Source: Leptogorgia sarmentosa (Eukaryota). Taken from it: 64,000 nucleotides of DNA. Numbering within the stretch: the first letter of the stretch is position 1; each line of letters opens with the position of its first letter. Shown here piece after piece: positions 12,821 to 26,890 of this stretch. The translations under genes were made by a program, and so were the position numbers. The stretch spans positions 6,820,001-6,884,000 of the forward strand of contig OZ210885.1 in the NCBI GenBank assembly GCA_964658305.1, read 5' to 3'. The notes under the pieces were generated by a model. The model was not told the DNA's origin. It did not search any database and was given only the letters and a program-made list of their open reading frames with translations.

Positions 12821-13629
12821 GGTAATGTATATGTATTTCTAGTATACTTACAAGTTGTTCATGGGCGTTTCAAACTCGCCATCTGTTGATGTCTACGTCT
12901 TTGTTCTCTCCTTGAGGTGTATCGAGGTCCGAGTCGCTCAGGTAAATAATCTGGCGAACTTCAGGCGAGCGGACAAAATACAGGTGGAACAGCATTCACA
13001 CAATGGCAGAGGCCAAAGCAGGATTGGACACTCTCCTTAACTGGGTTGGTAGCTTGTGTTCTTTTTCCTCCATGAACAAGTAGCATGATCTATACTACAG
13101 TACATCACAGGAAAACCAGTGCTGTTGTATTTGACAGTACTGATTTATGGCCTACCTAGGCCAAAAAGGCTCAACACTTCTACTAACCTCTTGTTCCATA
13201 AATCAGTACACTACATGTTTCATGTACAAATCGTAGTTAAATCCAGTACGATCTGGAATTTGGGGGCCCACCCCTTTGCATGTCTACCCAGCATGTAAAT
13301 ACACTTCTACTATATACAAATATCTAATCAATATTAGCTAATTGTCAAATCCGCTCCCTACACCTAGAGCATTCATAGATAGGGAAACGTTTCAGTAATA
13401 TAACTCTTACCTCGCACTATAGGTTGTCGAATCAAAAGTAACTCAAGGTCAACTAATGAACGAGAAGAAGGGGGGTCAGTCCACAGATTCGTAGATTGCG
13501 TGGTGTATGCCCAATACGATGCAAAATCAATAAAGGAAATTACCAAAGCTTTCTCGGAGAAGCACAAGAAACCTGTGCTTAGTGGGATGAAGAAAACGAG
13601 TTATAGTCAGACCCTGGATCGGCTTGCAA

Positions 13630-14224
13630 TAGTGCTGTGCAAACTCCGGGTTTTTCAGCTCCGGTTCCGGCCAAAAAAACTCCGGCTCTGGCCAAAAAAA
13701 CTCCGGCAAAATTCGTGAAAATTCGGTATTGGTTGCACAAGATGGGAAGCAGTCGCTTAAAGCAAACTCACAAACGCAAAGTCAATGTGGTTAAAACTTT
13801 TTATAATTAAACTTAATAAAGGCAAGTTTTCCGATGTTCCCTGGCAAAAGGGCGCACCGTTTTTTCGTTACAATGTTCCCTGCCAGAGAAAACACTCGCT
13901 CAGATGTTACTGACGAGGGAGGACAAGACAAATATGAGAGTGCCAGCCGTGTAAGTGCCGGCCACTCGTTCTTGCGGCGATACCAATATCTTGTCAGCTC
14001 TTCCAGATTAGCCTTGCCATACATAGAATACTATATTTAATGTTTATAGCAAGCCTACACACTTATCGCTGCGAGTATTTAATTTTTCGTCGATGGATAA
14101 AGGTTTTTTCACCGATGTTCGACAGTAGTTTGCAGCACGAATAAGTGCTGCCGGAGTTGAACTAACTCCGGCTCCGGCAAAATAGGCGAAAACTCCGGCT
14201 CCTGCCCTCCGGCGCACAGCACTA
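13630..14224 (-). mobile_element. Non-autonomous hAT element (595 bp) retaining the C-terminal dimerisation domain
   Basis: TIRs TAGTGCTGTGC/GCACAGCACTA; 8-bp TSD GCTTGCAA (13622-13629, 14225-14232); CTCCGG subterminal repeats; ORF 13791-14024 WPALTRLALSYLSCPPSSVTSERVFSLAG. Confidence 0.92.
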
Positions 14225-14946
14225 GCTTGCAAGAGAGGACACAAAGATTTCCTTTTTGACCTAAGGCTTTAACTAAGTTTCATAAACTTACCAATGCATG
14301 TGAGTCATGTTGAGAACAATATGCGTTTAATGACTTGAAGTCTAAAAACTGTGCGATGGGGTAGCCACAACAGCATTTTAGCACTGTATTCCACAGAGAC
14401 AACAACCATAATTTAGTAAATAGATAATTTACATGCGAAAGTCACTTTTATATTCTTTTTCTTATTGTTTGACCAATTCAAACAGTTATTAAATAGAAAT
14501 CATGCAATTTCTCATGCAATACAGTTCGTAGAGACTTGTGCTTTCTATTGCAAACTACATTCACTGATTCACAATGTTTCACCTGGTTCCACATAGAAAC
14601 AAACAAGAAAAAAAAATCGAGCAAATGAAAAGGTTGCTCAGGCAGCTGTAAATTGTGAGTACTGTGTTACAATTACAGAATAATTAAACATTTTCGTTCT
14701 CTTGGACCTCTCAGTGCTGTCTTGGCGCAGTTTATTGCTTTACATGTTTTTGTCTGTTTTGGCGGGCGTGTGAGTTTTGGCGCAGCTTCAAATTAACTTG
14801 AAAAATCTTCGGTGCAGGAAATTCGAGAAATTCACCTTGGGTTACAAGATTACAGTGTCACAAAGATCACAGACACATGTCAAATTCCGAAAATGAGAAA
14901 ATCCAATCTAAAGTTTTTGTTTATGTTTTTCTGACAAAATAATGTT

Positions 14947-15465
14947 TCAGAAGCTACCTGCTTCGTAGGTTACCCCTTCCTTGTCCTCAACATCATCAAG
15001 AAACTTCTTCCTGAGGTGTCTCTGTGATTTTCTTCTTGATTTCACTTTTTCTGAGCTCTTTCGGGCCAACGGCCTGATCCTCGCTCTGTCGCAATCTTGA
15101 GCACCTTTACGAGTGAAGAACCCAGGCGTTATATCCAAATCTTCCAGAATTTTCAGATAGAATATGTCCCCATCATTGAACTTCAAGACTGCTAAATAAG
15201 TGGCAAGAGCTACAGTTTCCTGTTCTTCATATGTCGTCTTGGGACATCTCTCCCAAATCATTCCGTTCAAACACTCATTTTCAGGTTCTGGGTCATATAT
15301 AGGTTGAATCAACTCAACAATGGGCTTTGGAAGACCATTGTTATGCTTGTATGATTCAGGATCTCTTTGGTAGCCACACCGACTGACCTTTCCTTTCGGG
15401 CAAAGATGATGCTGCAGGTTATCCTCCGTTGAAGCAACATGGAGAAGAGAGGCTTTTAGCGATTT
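14947..15465 (-). pseudogene. C-terminal fragment of a second Kolobok-type transposase
   Basis: HHLCPKG...YKHNNGLPK, NECLNGMIWERCPK, AVLKFNDG and the end YEAGSF parallel the C-terminus of the 10397-12223 protein. Confidence 0.75.
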
Positions 15466-15689
15466 ACGTGTTGTGATTGGTTTAGTGCAAAAATGTCAAC
15501 AAATGCGCTGATTGGTCGAGAACGAAATTCCCCCTTGTTTGGTATTATAGCAGTCTACAAGCTTGTCTAGCTCAGATGCAGGGTGCTGACACAATTTAGT
15601 ACCAGACAGATCCTCCACTGTCTGTCACTGTATTAATAGCTTTTGTTTTCCTAAAAGTTACCTTCTTAAAAGTTACATTAGAATAGCGA

Positions 15690-15907
15690 TGTCCTGCTAT
15701 TGATATCCTATTATGCAGCGTAGGTAAATTAGCTCTACGTAGTAAGTCCTCGTAGGCAGATTGTTTATCCTTAAAGACTCCTCTTTCCTGGATTTGTTCA
15801 AGCTTTCTGGTATCACTGGCTTTACAAAATTGCCAGGTACGATGGCAATATGTGAGGTACGGTAAAATTGCTGCTTTGTATAATTGCAACTTGGTGTTCA
15901 CTACCAC
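15690..15907 (-). pseudogene. Non-LTR retrotransposon (L2/CR1-like) ORF2 C-terminal fragment
   Basis: KLQLYKAAILPYLTYC..W....KLEQIQER...YEDLLRRANLPTLHNR. Confidence 0.65.
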
Positions 15908-16316
15908 CTAATGTACATACGACTATACAGAGGTACTGATATTAAGACAGTATTTTGGTTCAATGATGCAACATAACCTGATCATATATCATTCTAGTAT
16001 GTCTGTTGTGTTATAAATATTAGCACTGCTTTGGGTCAACATATTCTCATATTTAATATGTCAATCAATTTCATGTGGCTCTTTACACCTTCATTTCATA
16101 TTCATTAGTAGTGTTTCCACCAAACATTCAACTCTGAAATGAACTTGGAAGCTAATGACAACCTCCAACATACCCAATTAGAAAACCTAGCCAACAGCTA
16201 ATCATTTTAAGGTGTACTGGTCACAAATGAAATTGATAAAAACTGTTTGATGTAACAAATAAATATCAATTGAAAACTGACAACAATATGTAGTCCATGT
16301 TTTTGAATGTTCATCT

Positions 16317-17318
16317 TCACTGTGATGGGGGAAGGCAGGTTCGAATGTAGGAGGTTAAAATCCCCCAAACAACTTCACCTTCATCACTGTTGGTAGAGTA
16401 AACTGGGTCAGGTAAGTTTCCATTTTCTTCTTCATTTGATTTTATTAATTCAACCTGCTTTTGTACCTGTTCATGATCAACATATGCTTTATGCTGTTCA
16501 CAAACATTATGCAATGTAAAACAAGCATAAATAACTATTGGGAGTATGTTCAATGATAAGTCCATTTTTCTGATGAGAATTAACCATTGTGCCTTGAGAC
16601 GTCCAAAAGCGCACTCGATTGGATTTCTCACTGACCTAAGCATCTGATTAAAAACAACCTGTTCATTGCTTCTACAGCTTTCATATTCTTCCAAGTAAAA
16701 TGGGGTTAAGGGATATGCAGGGTCACCTATCAGGTAATTTGGTACAAGGTTACAACCAGGAACAACTGATTGAAAGATTCCATGTAGTTTGTTACTTTAC
16801 AGCTTGTCATTTATAGAGGAATTAACAAACACTTTGGCATCATGCACACTGCCTGGCGATAGACACTCAACATCCATAAATAAGCCTTTATAATCACAAA
16901 CAGCTTCTACATTAAGACAGTAGAACTGCTTGTAGCAAAAATAATCCTGTGAGTTCTTAACAGGCCGTTTGATTGGTATATGTGTACCATCAATGCAGCC
17001 CATTGCTTGAATCATTCCAAATTTTGTTTCAAATTCGGACACTTTATTTCGCATCTCTTCATAGTTCCTTGGCATGTGAATGTATTTTGGTCCTAGGTTC
17101 TTTGAAATTGCCGTACACACTTCAGCAATGACTACAGAAGCAGTATTTATTGCAATACCAACTGTATTCGCAGTCATCGCAAGAGAGCCGGTATCTTTAA
17201 GATAATACAAAGTTATGGCAAGTTTCTTTTCCAGGCCAGCCCGCCTCATATGAAGCAAGTACAAACTAGCTCGGCAAAGCGGGCTGGCACGCTTTACCAA
17301 GCTCATATGAACAGCCTC
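16317..17318 (-). pseudogene. PIF/Harbinger transposase remnant with one element end
   Basis: GCIDGTHIPI, PGSVHDAKVF, LIGDPAYP, RNPIECAFGRLK; in-frame stop at ~16797. TIR-like CATATGAACAGCC at ~17304-17316 resembles the Harbinger end at 27006-27021. Confidence 0.85.
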
Positions 17319-17819
17319 TTAGAGAAGCCCATATCCTTAAGCAAGGTATGAAGTGAAAATGAAATACTTCTAGTTACAATAGTTATTTACATCTCTTATC
17401 CTATACCACGATTATCAGGGGCAAACATCGCTCCGCACTCTTTCATCCATGAATACTATTGACTGGAGCATTAGTAAACCATACTCATGTTGTTTTGGAA
17501 TTGGGGAGAGCATATTATATATCTTCTGAAAGCTTAGATCTTAGATAGCTTATATCTTCTATAAGCTACAATATAATTCTAAAAATTGTTAACAGTAGCA
17601 AGATCCAAGTGGTACAAATCACAATATAAAAATATCCTTATTTTGGCCATTTTTTCAGATTTTTATAATGTTTGAATAAAAACACTAATCTACTTGTTCT
17701 CAAGGCTATCTCTATAATAAAATAATGTTTTACAACTAAAAATAATAACTATAGTACAATAAAATGTTGTCAAAGTAACATTTGACAATGTTTTTCCCAT
17801 CAAAGGGTAAACCTTTATT

Positions 17820-18964
17820 TCCGTCCATCATGATAACTCTGCTTGTGCCAAATCTCAAAGCAATTATTTTTGGGATTACAATGTAAAAATACTCCACATT
17901 GAGGGGCACTGCAATATGAAGCTACCTTCCTTTCCACACCATCCTTGGCATAACACACTTTGCAGTTACATCTGCTTGCACTGAAGGCTAACATGTGTTA
18001 GGTTTCAAAGGTGCTCGGATCTTTCTTCGCTTTCTCATACTCTGGTGGATGACCATATTCATTCAGCCCAACCAACTGCCTGACTATTTCTTCTCTGTAC
18101 TCAAGAAATGAGTACTTGTTTGGCCTTTTTAGCTCTTCCTTGTCAGGGTTGCCTTTCCTATGACACTGGAATAGAATATGGCTATTGACGACAGCAATAT
18201 CAATCATATGAAAAAATAAAGTTTTCCACCATTTGACACACTTTCGAAGACTGTTGTTCTTGGCAAGGATCTGGTCTGCTCTGTCCACACCATTCATGAA
18301 CTGGTTGTAGACGTCAATTGCTTTTGGTTGTTTTACATTATTGTCCTTTGTCCATTTACCATCAGCATCTTTCACCTTTCTGGTGACTTTTACATGCTGA
18401 TTGGCAGCTGTCCTGCCAAAACCCACAACTTCAGACCCCACTTGTTTGGCTTATTTTTTATGTACTCTCGAATACCAGACCGATGTTTTGACTTTACCAT
18501 ATGTTCATCAATGGACACTTGTTGGGAAGGCTGGTATAGCATCTTACACTACATGATTTACCTTGATTCTTCGTCTGGCGATTCTCCTCCAAGTAATTCC
18601 TCGTCCAAATTAAACTCCTCAGAACTAGACATGCCACTAACATCACTATCAAAGTCCTCGTCATCGTTTTCCATGCTTTTATCTAACATATCTGCCACTT
18701 CTTGCACTGAAAAATGCGTTCTTTGACGCTTACTTGAAGATGCCATTTTGAAAGTGAGAAGCGAAGGTGAAGTGAATATTTTGAGGAAATTATAAGCAAA
18801 AAAATTACGTCAGATCAAATCTAGTATACCAAATTGGATTGGACAACTATACTAAACAATGCTACACTAAATTTTTACTTGTGCGCACAGATGCGTTGCT
18901 ATGGAAATCAATTTAGGTCATCGATCATATATGATCGATTTTACTAGGAGCTGTCACCAAAGAG
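17820..18964 (-). mobile_element. Internally deleted piggyBac (PGBD4-like) element
   Basis: KQPKAIDVYNQFMNGVDRADQ, KWWKTLFFHMIDIAVVNS, C-terminal Cys-rich domain (CKVC...C..PQC...LHC...CF..WH) and acidic N-terminus. The 5' end CTCTTT abuts TTAA (18965-18968); the other end was not found. Confidence 0.82.
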
Positions 18965-19839
18965 TTAACCTACTAGTTTTCGTCTGGGATGGTTTCAGTC
19001 TTTTCTTATAACCTTCAGCATGATCTATAAGATCATCAACTCTTTTTCCTAGCCTATGTGGAGATCTTATACAATATGTATGATCATGTTCAGTCAAAGA
19101 GGTGTTTACACAGGTTTTTCATTGCCATCAATATCAAACTCGCCAGGGAGTTTCCTCTTTTTTCCTGGCAAACTACTTACAATACCTTCAGTCTTTGTTT
19201 CCAGATTGACCCAGTTTCCAGCACTTATACCGACCTCAACACATCCTGTTTCTCTTCAGTTATGATAGTCTACTAGTAGTCACCTCATTTTCTTCCACCT
19301 GAACATAATTTTAAAAATAACATTCCTGTTATTTTGAAGTGCAATTGTTACAGGGCTTTCTATTTTTGCCTTTTTTCCTAGATTGCCTAAGTCGTTTGTC
19401 AATGTTTGCTGTTTTGAATTCAAGTATTGAAACAAATTAGGTGGTCAGGTGAATTTTTTATTTGAAGAATTTGTATTAAAATGAAATGGTCATCTTATAC
19501 TTATATATATACTGATATATAGATGGACAGGCTAGGAAGGACAATGCAAGTGTGAATGGGAGTCGATAACAAACTCATGGCTGTGTGCCCTTTTAATAGG
19601 ATTTCATTGATTTCCAAATCAAACTCATCGGTAGACTGCACATTACATGTTTTTGAATTACTAAATGTAAACACAGACTGTACATCAGTACATGTGCCTA
19701 CTTTATATAGACAATAAATATTACGTTTGGTGATTTATTAGATATAGTGTACACAAATTAAAAGATCAACACTTAATACGACAAAATATATCACCAAGCC
19801 ACACACCTGAGCAAGCTGCTTGAAAAGCATAATATGGGT

Positions 19840-20020
19840 TCAGCACTGCTTTCTCACCATGGCTCTCTTCAAACATGTCAGCACTAAAATGCTCTGAACA
19901 AATATGGCTATCTTTCACAGGGACAAACTTGGATTGTTCACACCTACCTCCGTTCACATTTTCAACCCACATACTGTGCAGCCCAGGATTTTTTACTGAA
20001 TCTGGATATCTTGAACACAA
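19840..20020 (-). pseudogene. THAP zinc-finger exon/fragment
   Basis: P.....W...V.......P...SHICSEHFSADMF, the THAP C2CH core. Confidence 0.6.
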
Positions 20021-20966
20021 CAAATAATCTTGTTATTGCATGAATACCCAATATGTGAAACATAACAGCATGTGTCATATAAAAAAAAACCAATACATGT
20101 ATTTTAGTTGATGGACGGAAACTTTGTCAGGTTTTGTATTTCTGTTAAAAATTTCAGAAAAAATGCTTGAGTTTAAGCCCTTCAAAACGCCACAATCCTA
20201 GCCAGGATCCTCAATGAATCTTACAAAGATCCTATAGGATTGACTCAAGATCCTAAGGGATTCTGGTAGGATGCTACATGGGAATTTGTCACAATCCTAA
20301 AGGTTTCGATAGCCGTATATCTATGCATTCTGTCAATGCAGAGTAAATAAATATATTCGTTTTCATAGACAAATATTAGTCGATGTCTCCACTTTATGTT
20401 TTTTATTTTAAAAGGTAATTAGGTTGCCAAATATTACTCACTTTTTATGAGGTTTATCTTGTCTTGATCTAAGAGACGTTTTTTACAGTTCTCACCTGGT
20501 TCCACTGCACCCTCCCTAATTCGTCCGTAAAAAGGTGCGACAAAAGGCTTGTCGCGTACAAATTAGGTTTTTTAAATTTTGCAGCTACATCCTGCAAAAG
20601 ATTCGCGCTACCAACCATCTAGAAAAAGATTGTAGTTCTATTAATTCACAATAAGTTCAATTACGTCTATTAATTTATAAAAACAAAACCTTCTTTATTC
20701 TCTATCTTGTTGACGGTTCTACAATTATTATTTAGCAACATACAATACTTACAATACATACTTACTTCCTCATTAGAAACAACAGATTGTATTTCTTCTG
20801 AGAAAGAGGCACCACCAGGAGACTATTTGTTCTCTGCAAATTAATTTTTTTAAAATTGATAAATACTTGGAATCATCACAGCGTTTAATTAACAGCTTAT
20901 GTATTTGCTTAAACTTACAAAATTATTCACAATGTTATATGATATAATCAGTTCTAAATGTATATG

Positions 20967-22440
20967 TCAGATATGGGACGTCAAAAGCATGTTAATACTT
21001 TTATGCTGGGCGTGATTGTCGGAATTTATTGCATAAAGTATATACCTGTATTGATCCATTGGAGTTACTCCCCTGGAGTTTAACTTTCTTTTGCGGTGGT
21101 GTGATTGGTGGCGCGATGTATCGACATACTGTCGCTTCAATTTTTGGTCATCAACCAACTCCTGAAGCAGGTTTTTGATGGCGTCCAATTTTGTTGTGAC
21201 CTCTTTTAGGTTGTCAATACAGGAACACAGGTCTCATTAACACTTAGCGATGTCTATAAAAACATATTGCAATTACATTATAGGTATTTTTTGAAATTTG
21301 TTTTGTCTTCATCTCGGGTATTTGCATGACCAGTTCCCAACAGTTATATTGATAGTGTATATACCTCTTGTTGTGACCTTTTCCAAAGGCTATTTTTTTC
21401 TTTTTGCTTCATTGATGAGTTCCGTTATTTCTAGGTATGCAAATTGTAATTCGCTATCATGCCCACAAAAACGTGCATATAATAATCATGCGGTCATTAT
21501 GCGATCCAACCATGTTGTACACAAATGAATACCTTCACATTATTACACATAATATTTTTCAAAAGTAAAACTCTTATACCGTTTTCCGTACTGCCTTCAT
21601 ATTCTTCCTCCTCATCTGTCATATCGAGCATTTGGGTCCTTCCCTGTTTTTTTGATGAGCTCGCCGTACATGCAGCTTTCTGCTTTCCTACTAAAATAAA
21701 ACATAAGTTATAGACTTAGTTATTTTCTAGTAATAGAGTCAATTCAATTGTTTAAATACCTTTCTTAGATGACATATTGGGTCTCTCTTCATCGTCATCG
21801 CTATTGTCCACCCTTTTTTTAGTCACGTCCTCCACCTCACCAAAATCACCACCCAACACCTTTTCTAATGCTAGGTCCAATGATTCCTGCTTTTTGGTGC
21901 ATGCTTCTCTGTCCCCTGAAGTATAAAACAATTGAGAATCACAATTTATGACCATTACTAATGGGGCTGTTTCATGATTGAAACCGCAGCATTGGCTATA
22001 CTTAGCTTGTCTCATCAATAGCTGTAGTTTTATAGAACTGTAAGTCTCAAGTGTATAAGAATATGTTTATGTGCATGTTTGTGCTAGGAATTCGACATGG
22101 ATCTCATACAAATTCTAAACAGTCGATATATATTTTATATATAGTTCCCTTTCACTTACCAATAAAGACAACCTTCCCTTCAAACGTATTGCCCATCTTT
22201 TAATGTTACGTTGTCTTTGACTGCTGGATTTTCTGGGCTTACGATATTTTTCCCATCGACCAAAGAGTAGCGCATTTCCGTCAGATAAAATATTAGGAAG
22301 CATACTTCTCTTTTACTTGGAGAACCTAAAATAGCAAAACAGCTAGGCTCTATAGATACTATAAGCACAGGAAGATGGAGAAAAGGCAGGAAATTCACCT
22401 TCTTCCTTCTTCTGACATCGGAATTCTATTTGTGGCCATA
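20967..22440 (-). pseudogene. Multi-exon gene remnant, acidic/low-complexity, product unknown (likely TE-borne)
   Basis: Short open segments bounded by GT/AG at about 22398-22440, 22187-22260, 21738-21917, 21578-21690, 21363-21432 and 21045-21255; contains stops. Confidence 0.35.
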
Positions 22441-23019
22441 TTTGTCTTCTGTAGAATAGATTTTTAAAAAATGTGCGCACAAGATCTTTGCGTTAAGAGA
22501 GGCAGTTTAAAATGACGTCAATCGGATAAATGTCGCTGAGATAATGTACATGACATGTGGGTTTAGTTAATAGCCTGTGTGCCAATCATTTCAGAAATTT
22601 GATAACAACGGCCATTCAATACAGCCAAAGGCAAGGAAAGCGCAAAAAATTCCGCACAATTCACAACGCGCCATGTGGTAATAATAGCTACTTAGTTTTT
22701 TTACCATGTCCTAGCGTCATATTAATGATCCTCAACAAGGTTATTCTTCAGATTCTGAAGATACTGATGGTAGTGATGAATCGCAGGAACAGTAAAAAAA
22801 CTGTCGCTTTAAATCTAGTTCAGAGTCAACTCAGTCAAGTGAAGACGAGAGCAATGCGGTATTTAAATACGATAACATGTTTAAAAAAGGACAATCAAGT
22901 TGTAAAGAAGAGTATAATACAAGTACTTCTAGTGGAAGCGAAACAGACAAAGGCTTCTCTAGGGGTAAGCTTATGATATTGCTTCTATTTCTCCAATAGA
23001 TAATATAATTCAAAGGCAC

Positions 23020-23225
23020 AAACCTCAACATTGTGAAATATTGATGGGACAGCATTTGGCTTCAGGATGACTCTCATTCTATCCTCTTCAATCATGTCTT
23101 TGCTGAAATGCTTCGAGCAGAGGCGACTGCCCTTGGAGGGAACAAACTTGATGGGAGAGTGCTTACCTACACTTTCTACCCAAATGGCATGGAGCTCAGG
23201 GAATACATTTGGATCTGGAAAACTA
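23020..23225 (-). pseudogene. THAP zinc-finger exon/fragment
   Basis: FPDP....W..SV......PSKGSRLCSKHFSKDMI....LKPNAVPSIF, including the AVP box. Confidence 0.72.
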
Positions 23226-24028
23226 CAAAATACAGTAAAATGTCCATTACCAAACCATATAGTACGCACAACTTCTATTAATATTGTTTTACAATTTGCA
23301 TACCTGTAGTTCTTATGTCTAGTTCAACTTCTTGACCTTTGAAAAGGTCCTAATAATAATATTCATGGCATATTTTTTCCAGTCGATTTTTCCTCAAATT
23401 TTTCTAGCATATGAACCCCCACTATACAATTTCTCTTGACTACAATAATAAATTCGACTATATACTTGATGCAAAGAGAATTCTTTTGCCGAGGGAAATT
23501 TCACAATATTTTGATGTTGCCAGCAGCTATTACTTTTGTTTTTTAGATGTTGTCACATCAGCATTTTTATGTTTTCGGATTTTTCAGATTGCTAATTTTA
23601 CAAACTAGAGGCAAATATAACACGTATTTATTTCATGAAATCACATTTTTATCCTTTTAACAACCATCGATAAACCTTCGAGTTCTAAAAATTAGCTCCT
23701 GCACGATAAAACATGGATGTCTAACTTAAAAATACATCATTTTGAGCAAAAATGAACAGGCCCTGTTGATATGATCCCGCTTGGCGAGATGTTTCGCCTA
23801 CCTATGATCTCGCCTCGCAATTGTTTTCCTATTAAAATTGTCATTGCGTTCATATGATAAAGCGAGCTGGCCCACTTGCCGAGATCATAGGTAGGCGGGA
23901 TGAAAAATTTTCCATATGAACATGTTGTCCCGCTTGCCGGGATAATAATGTGTGCATTGCGCATGCGTCCAAACCAATTATGCAATCGCGTTTGAAAGCG
24001 AAAGTTGAAATTAAGAATAAGCAAGGTC

Positions 24029-25100
24029 ATGGTTAAGGACAAGCTTCCTAAGAGAAAGAATTTCAGATGGAATTCTGATATGATTGAAGTGTTGATCAAA
24101 TCATTGATGGAATATAATATAAGACACAGATGTCTTACAAAGGTATTGATTTTGACAGAGATAACCCCATGCAGTATAAAGAAATACGTTTGATGATGGC
24201 CAAAGTTTATGACGAACATATTTCTATGTTTGGTCCTTTGTGTGTTGATCATTCAGCTGATAATTTTAACGAAATGCCAAAGGAAGAAAGAGATGAAGCA
24301 AAGGAGCTTATTAAGATCTCCAAGGAACAGATTGCCAAAGGAACAAAAAGAGTGATGGAAAAGGCAAAGGAAATTTAGACAGGCTTTCTCAAAGCTGTGA
24401 TATCTGGTACAAGAAGCGGTAGTGGAAAAATAGTATTTGAATTTTATGATAAGCTAGTATTGCTGTGGGGTGGCTCAGCCAATGCAACTCCTTTGACCTG
24501 TGGTATTGGAAGCGATGATCTCGAGTACGAAAGTGATGGTGAACAGCTGCAAGACACATTAAATGAGCAAGATTTTGATGATTTCTCTAATGCAATAACA
24601 CTGCCACTGGAGATAAGTGTTTCGTCATTGCCTGAGGAAAGTTATAATACTGAGGAAACTCGAGCTAGTTCTGCAACTTCTGCAATGTCATCCAAGAAAC
24701 GGAAAGCCAGCTGTGTGCCACAGGTAATTGACAATAAAAAAGAAAGCATTTAGAAAAAACTCTTTCAGCAGCTGAGAGAGACAAAATGCTATTTGAAGAG
24801 GCTATAGAAGATGCTAAATTTAGGAAGGATTTGACAGAGTCAGTTAAGGACTCCTCAGCTGCTTTTGCGCAAGGCATAAAAGATGTGAGCAAGGCCATTT
24901 TGGATATGGGTGCAGGACTGCCTCGGTCATTTGAAATGCTATCAAAAAGTCATGGCTATCCACCAGGACCACCACACCCATTGATTCAAAATATGTTCTA
25001 CCAATATCCAGTTCAATATATGCCATCAAATTCCAGCTGCCCAAGTGCTCAAATGTCAAATGAACAGTATCTTCATGCGATGCAACAAGGTGATGATTGA
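24029..25100 (+). pseudogene. Harbinger accessory Myb/SANT(MADF)-like DNA-binding protein, frameshifted
   Basis: FRWNSDMIEVLIKSL...KGIDFDRD...TRSGSGKIVFEFYDKLVLLWGGS spread over four ORFs inside the TIRs. Confidence 0.7.
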
Positions 25101-25619
25101 CATGAGGAAGCTATGTACAGTAGGGTTTGCCCTGAACATATATACTGTTATGAAAGTTTTTATTGTTTTCAAGATTGTTTAATGCTTTAAATGTTCACAT
25201 CATAAATAGGAAACTTTAACATTTAGTGGCAAACTAGTCCATGTTCTCTCAGGTTTCCATGGGTAATATTTATAAACCCCTTGATGTTAACCTAAATCAT
25301 GCCAAATTCTTTTCATATTGTTGTATACTGTTACATGAAACTTTCAAATATAGTTACAAAAGGAATTTTAAAAAGCTTGTTTTTGATATTATCTAATTGT
25401 GTCATTGCAGGTTTATGCCTGGTAAATTTTAAAGGAGACTTTGCTTGTAATTTCTTTTGATTTGCATATACTGCGTTCAACATAATATTGCTAACACAAC
25501 AATATTTCTGAAAACGTGACAAAATCTGAAGATATGTGTCCCACCATGACCCCTCCCTGTGATAAAATTCATGTTTGAATAAAATTCATTTCAATGCTAC
25601 CACAGATTATATGTCAAGT

Positions 25620-26890
25620 ACTAATTTTGTGAGTGTTTCCCTGACAACTACACCCTCTTCTTCATTACAAGAGTAAATTGGATCTGGATTCTTTTGAAAT
25701 CTGGCTTCATTTCTCCTGAGATTTGACTACATCTTCACCAACATATACACTTTTTTTCACAGTAATTATGCAAGACAAAGCATGCATACACTACTTTTGG
25801 AATTGTTTCCAATTTCAAGTCCATTTTATGAGTAAGTATGGCCCATCTAGCTTTCAGACGGCCAAATGCGCATTCGATGGCATCTCTTGCAGCTCTCAAC
25901 ATGTTGTTGAAAATGACTTCTTCATTACTGGTGCAGGTTTTGTATTCTTTCATACAGAAGGGAAGTAATGGGTAGGCAGGGTCACCAATAAGGTAGTTTG
26001 GAACTTTGGCTTGTCCTTCAACTGGTGTCTGATAGGTAGTTGGCAATTTATTCTCCCTAAGCTTCATATTAATTGAGGAGTTAGTGAAAACCTTTGCATC
26101 ATGGACACTTCCTGGCCACTTGCACTCAACATCCATGAAATCGCCTTTATAATCACATACAGCTTGTACACTTAGTGAATGATATTGTAAAATAAAAAAT
26201 CTTATGAGTTCTCAACTGGGCACTTGATTGGAATGTGTGTGCCATCTGCACAGCCAAATGCCTGGGTCATTCCATATTTTGCTTCGAATTCAGAGACCTC
26301 TCTTTGCATGCTTTGTTTGCTCCTCGGAAAGTATATGTATCTTGGACCCATTTTAGTTGAGATGACTTGACAAATCTCGGTTATGAGAGCTGAAGCGGTG
26401 TTTATAGCAACTCCAAATGTGTTTGCTGTCATTCTAGAGACCCTGTATCTTTCAAGAAATATAACGTCAATGCTAATTTTTTCTCAGCGCTCAGTGTCCT
26501 GTAGTTTGGAGAACTATCATTGGGTGAAATGTATGGGTTTAATTCTGCTAATAAGTCTCTGAAAGATTCTCTTGACATTCTAAAGTTCTTTCTCCATTGT
26601 TCCTCTGGCGCTATTCCATTCCACATGTCCTCCCACCATAAATCTGTACGTCCTTTTTTAAACCAGCAGCTGCGTGGTCTTTTATTTAAGAACTTTAATC
26701 TACAATGTGCCAGCTTTTCGCGGAAATAATTTCGTTTCCTTGCAATCATAGTGATAATCTTGTTGTTTTGTTTTGATGCGTTTATACCCCAGATAACAAC
26801 AAGGCCAAGTACTGATGTAATCGGAGAAAAAACAAAACGGATGCTAGCAACAAGACTTTGTTCAATTTTCATTCGCTTTGAAGGCGCCAT
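25620..26890 (-). pseudogene. Harbinger (HARBI1-like) DDE transposase, frameshifted
   Basis: WRKNFRMSRESF, GCADGTHIPI, WPGSVHDAKVF, LIGDPAYPL, IECAFGRLKARW, ACFVLHNYC. Confidence 0.9.
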
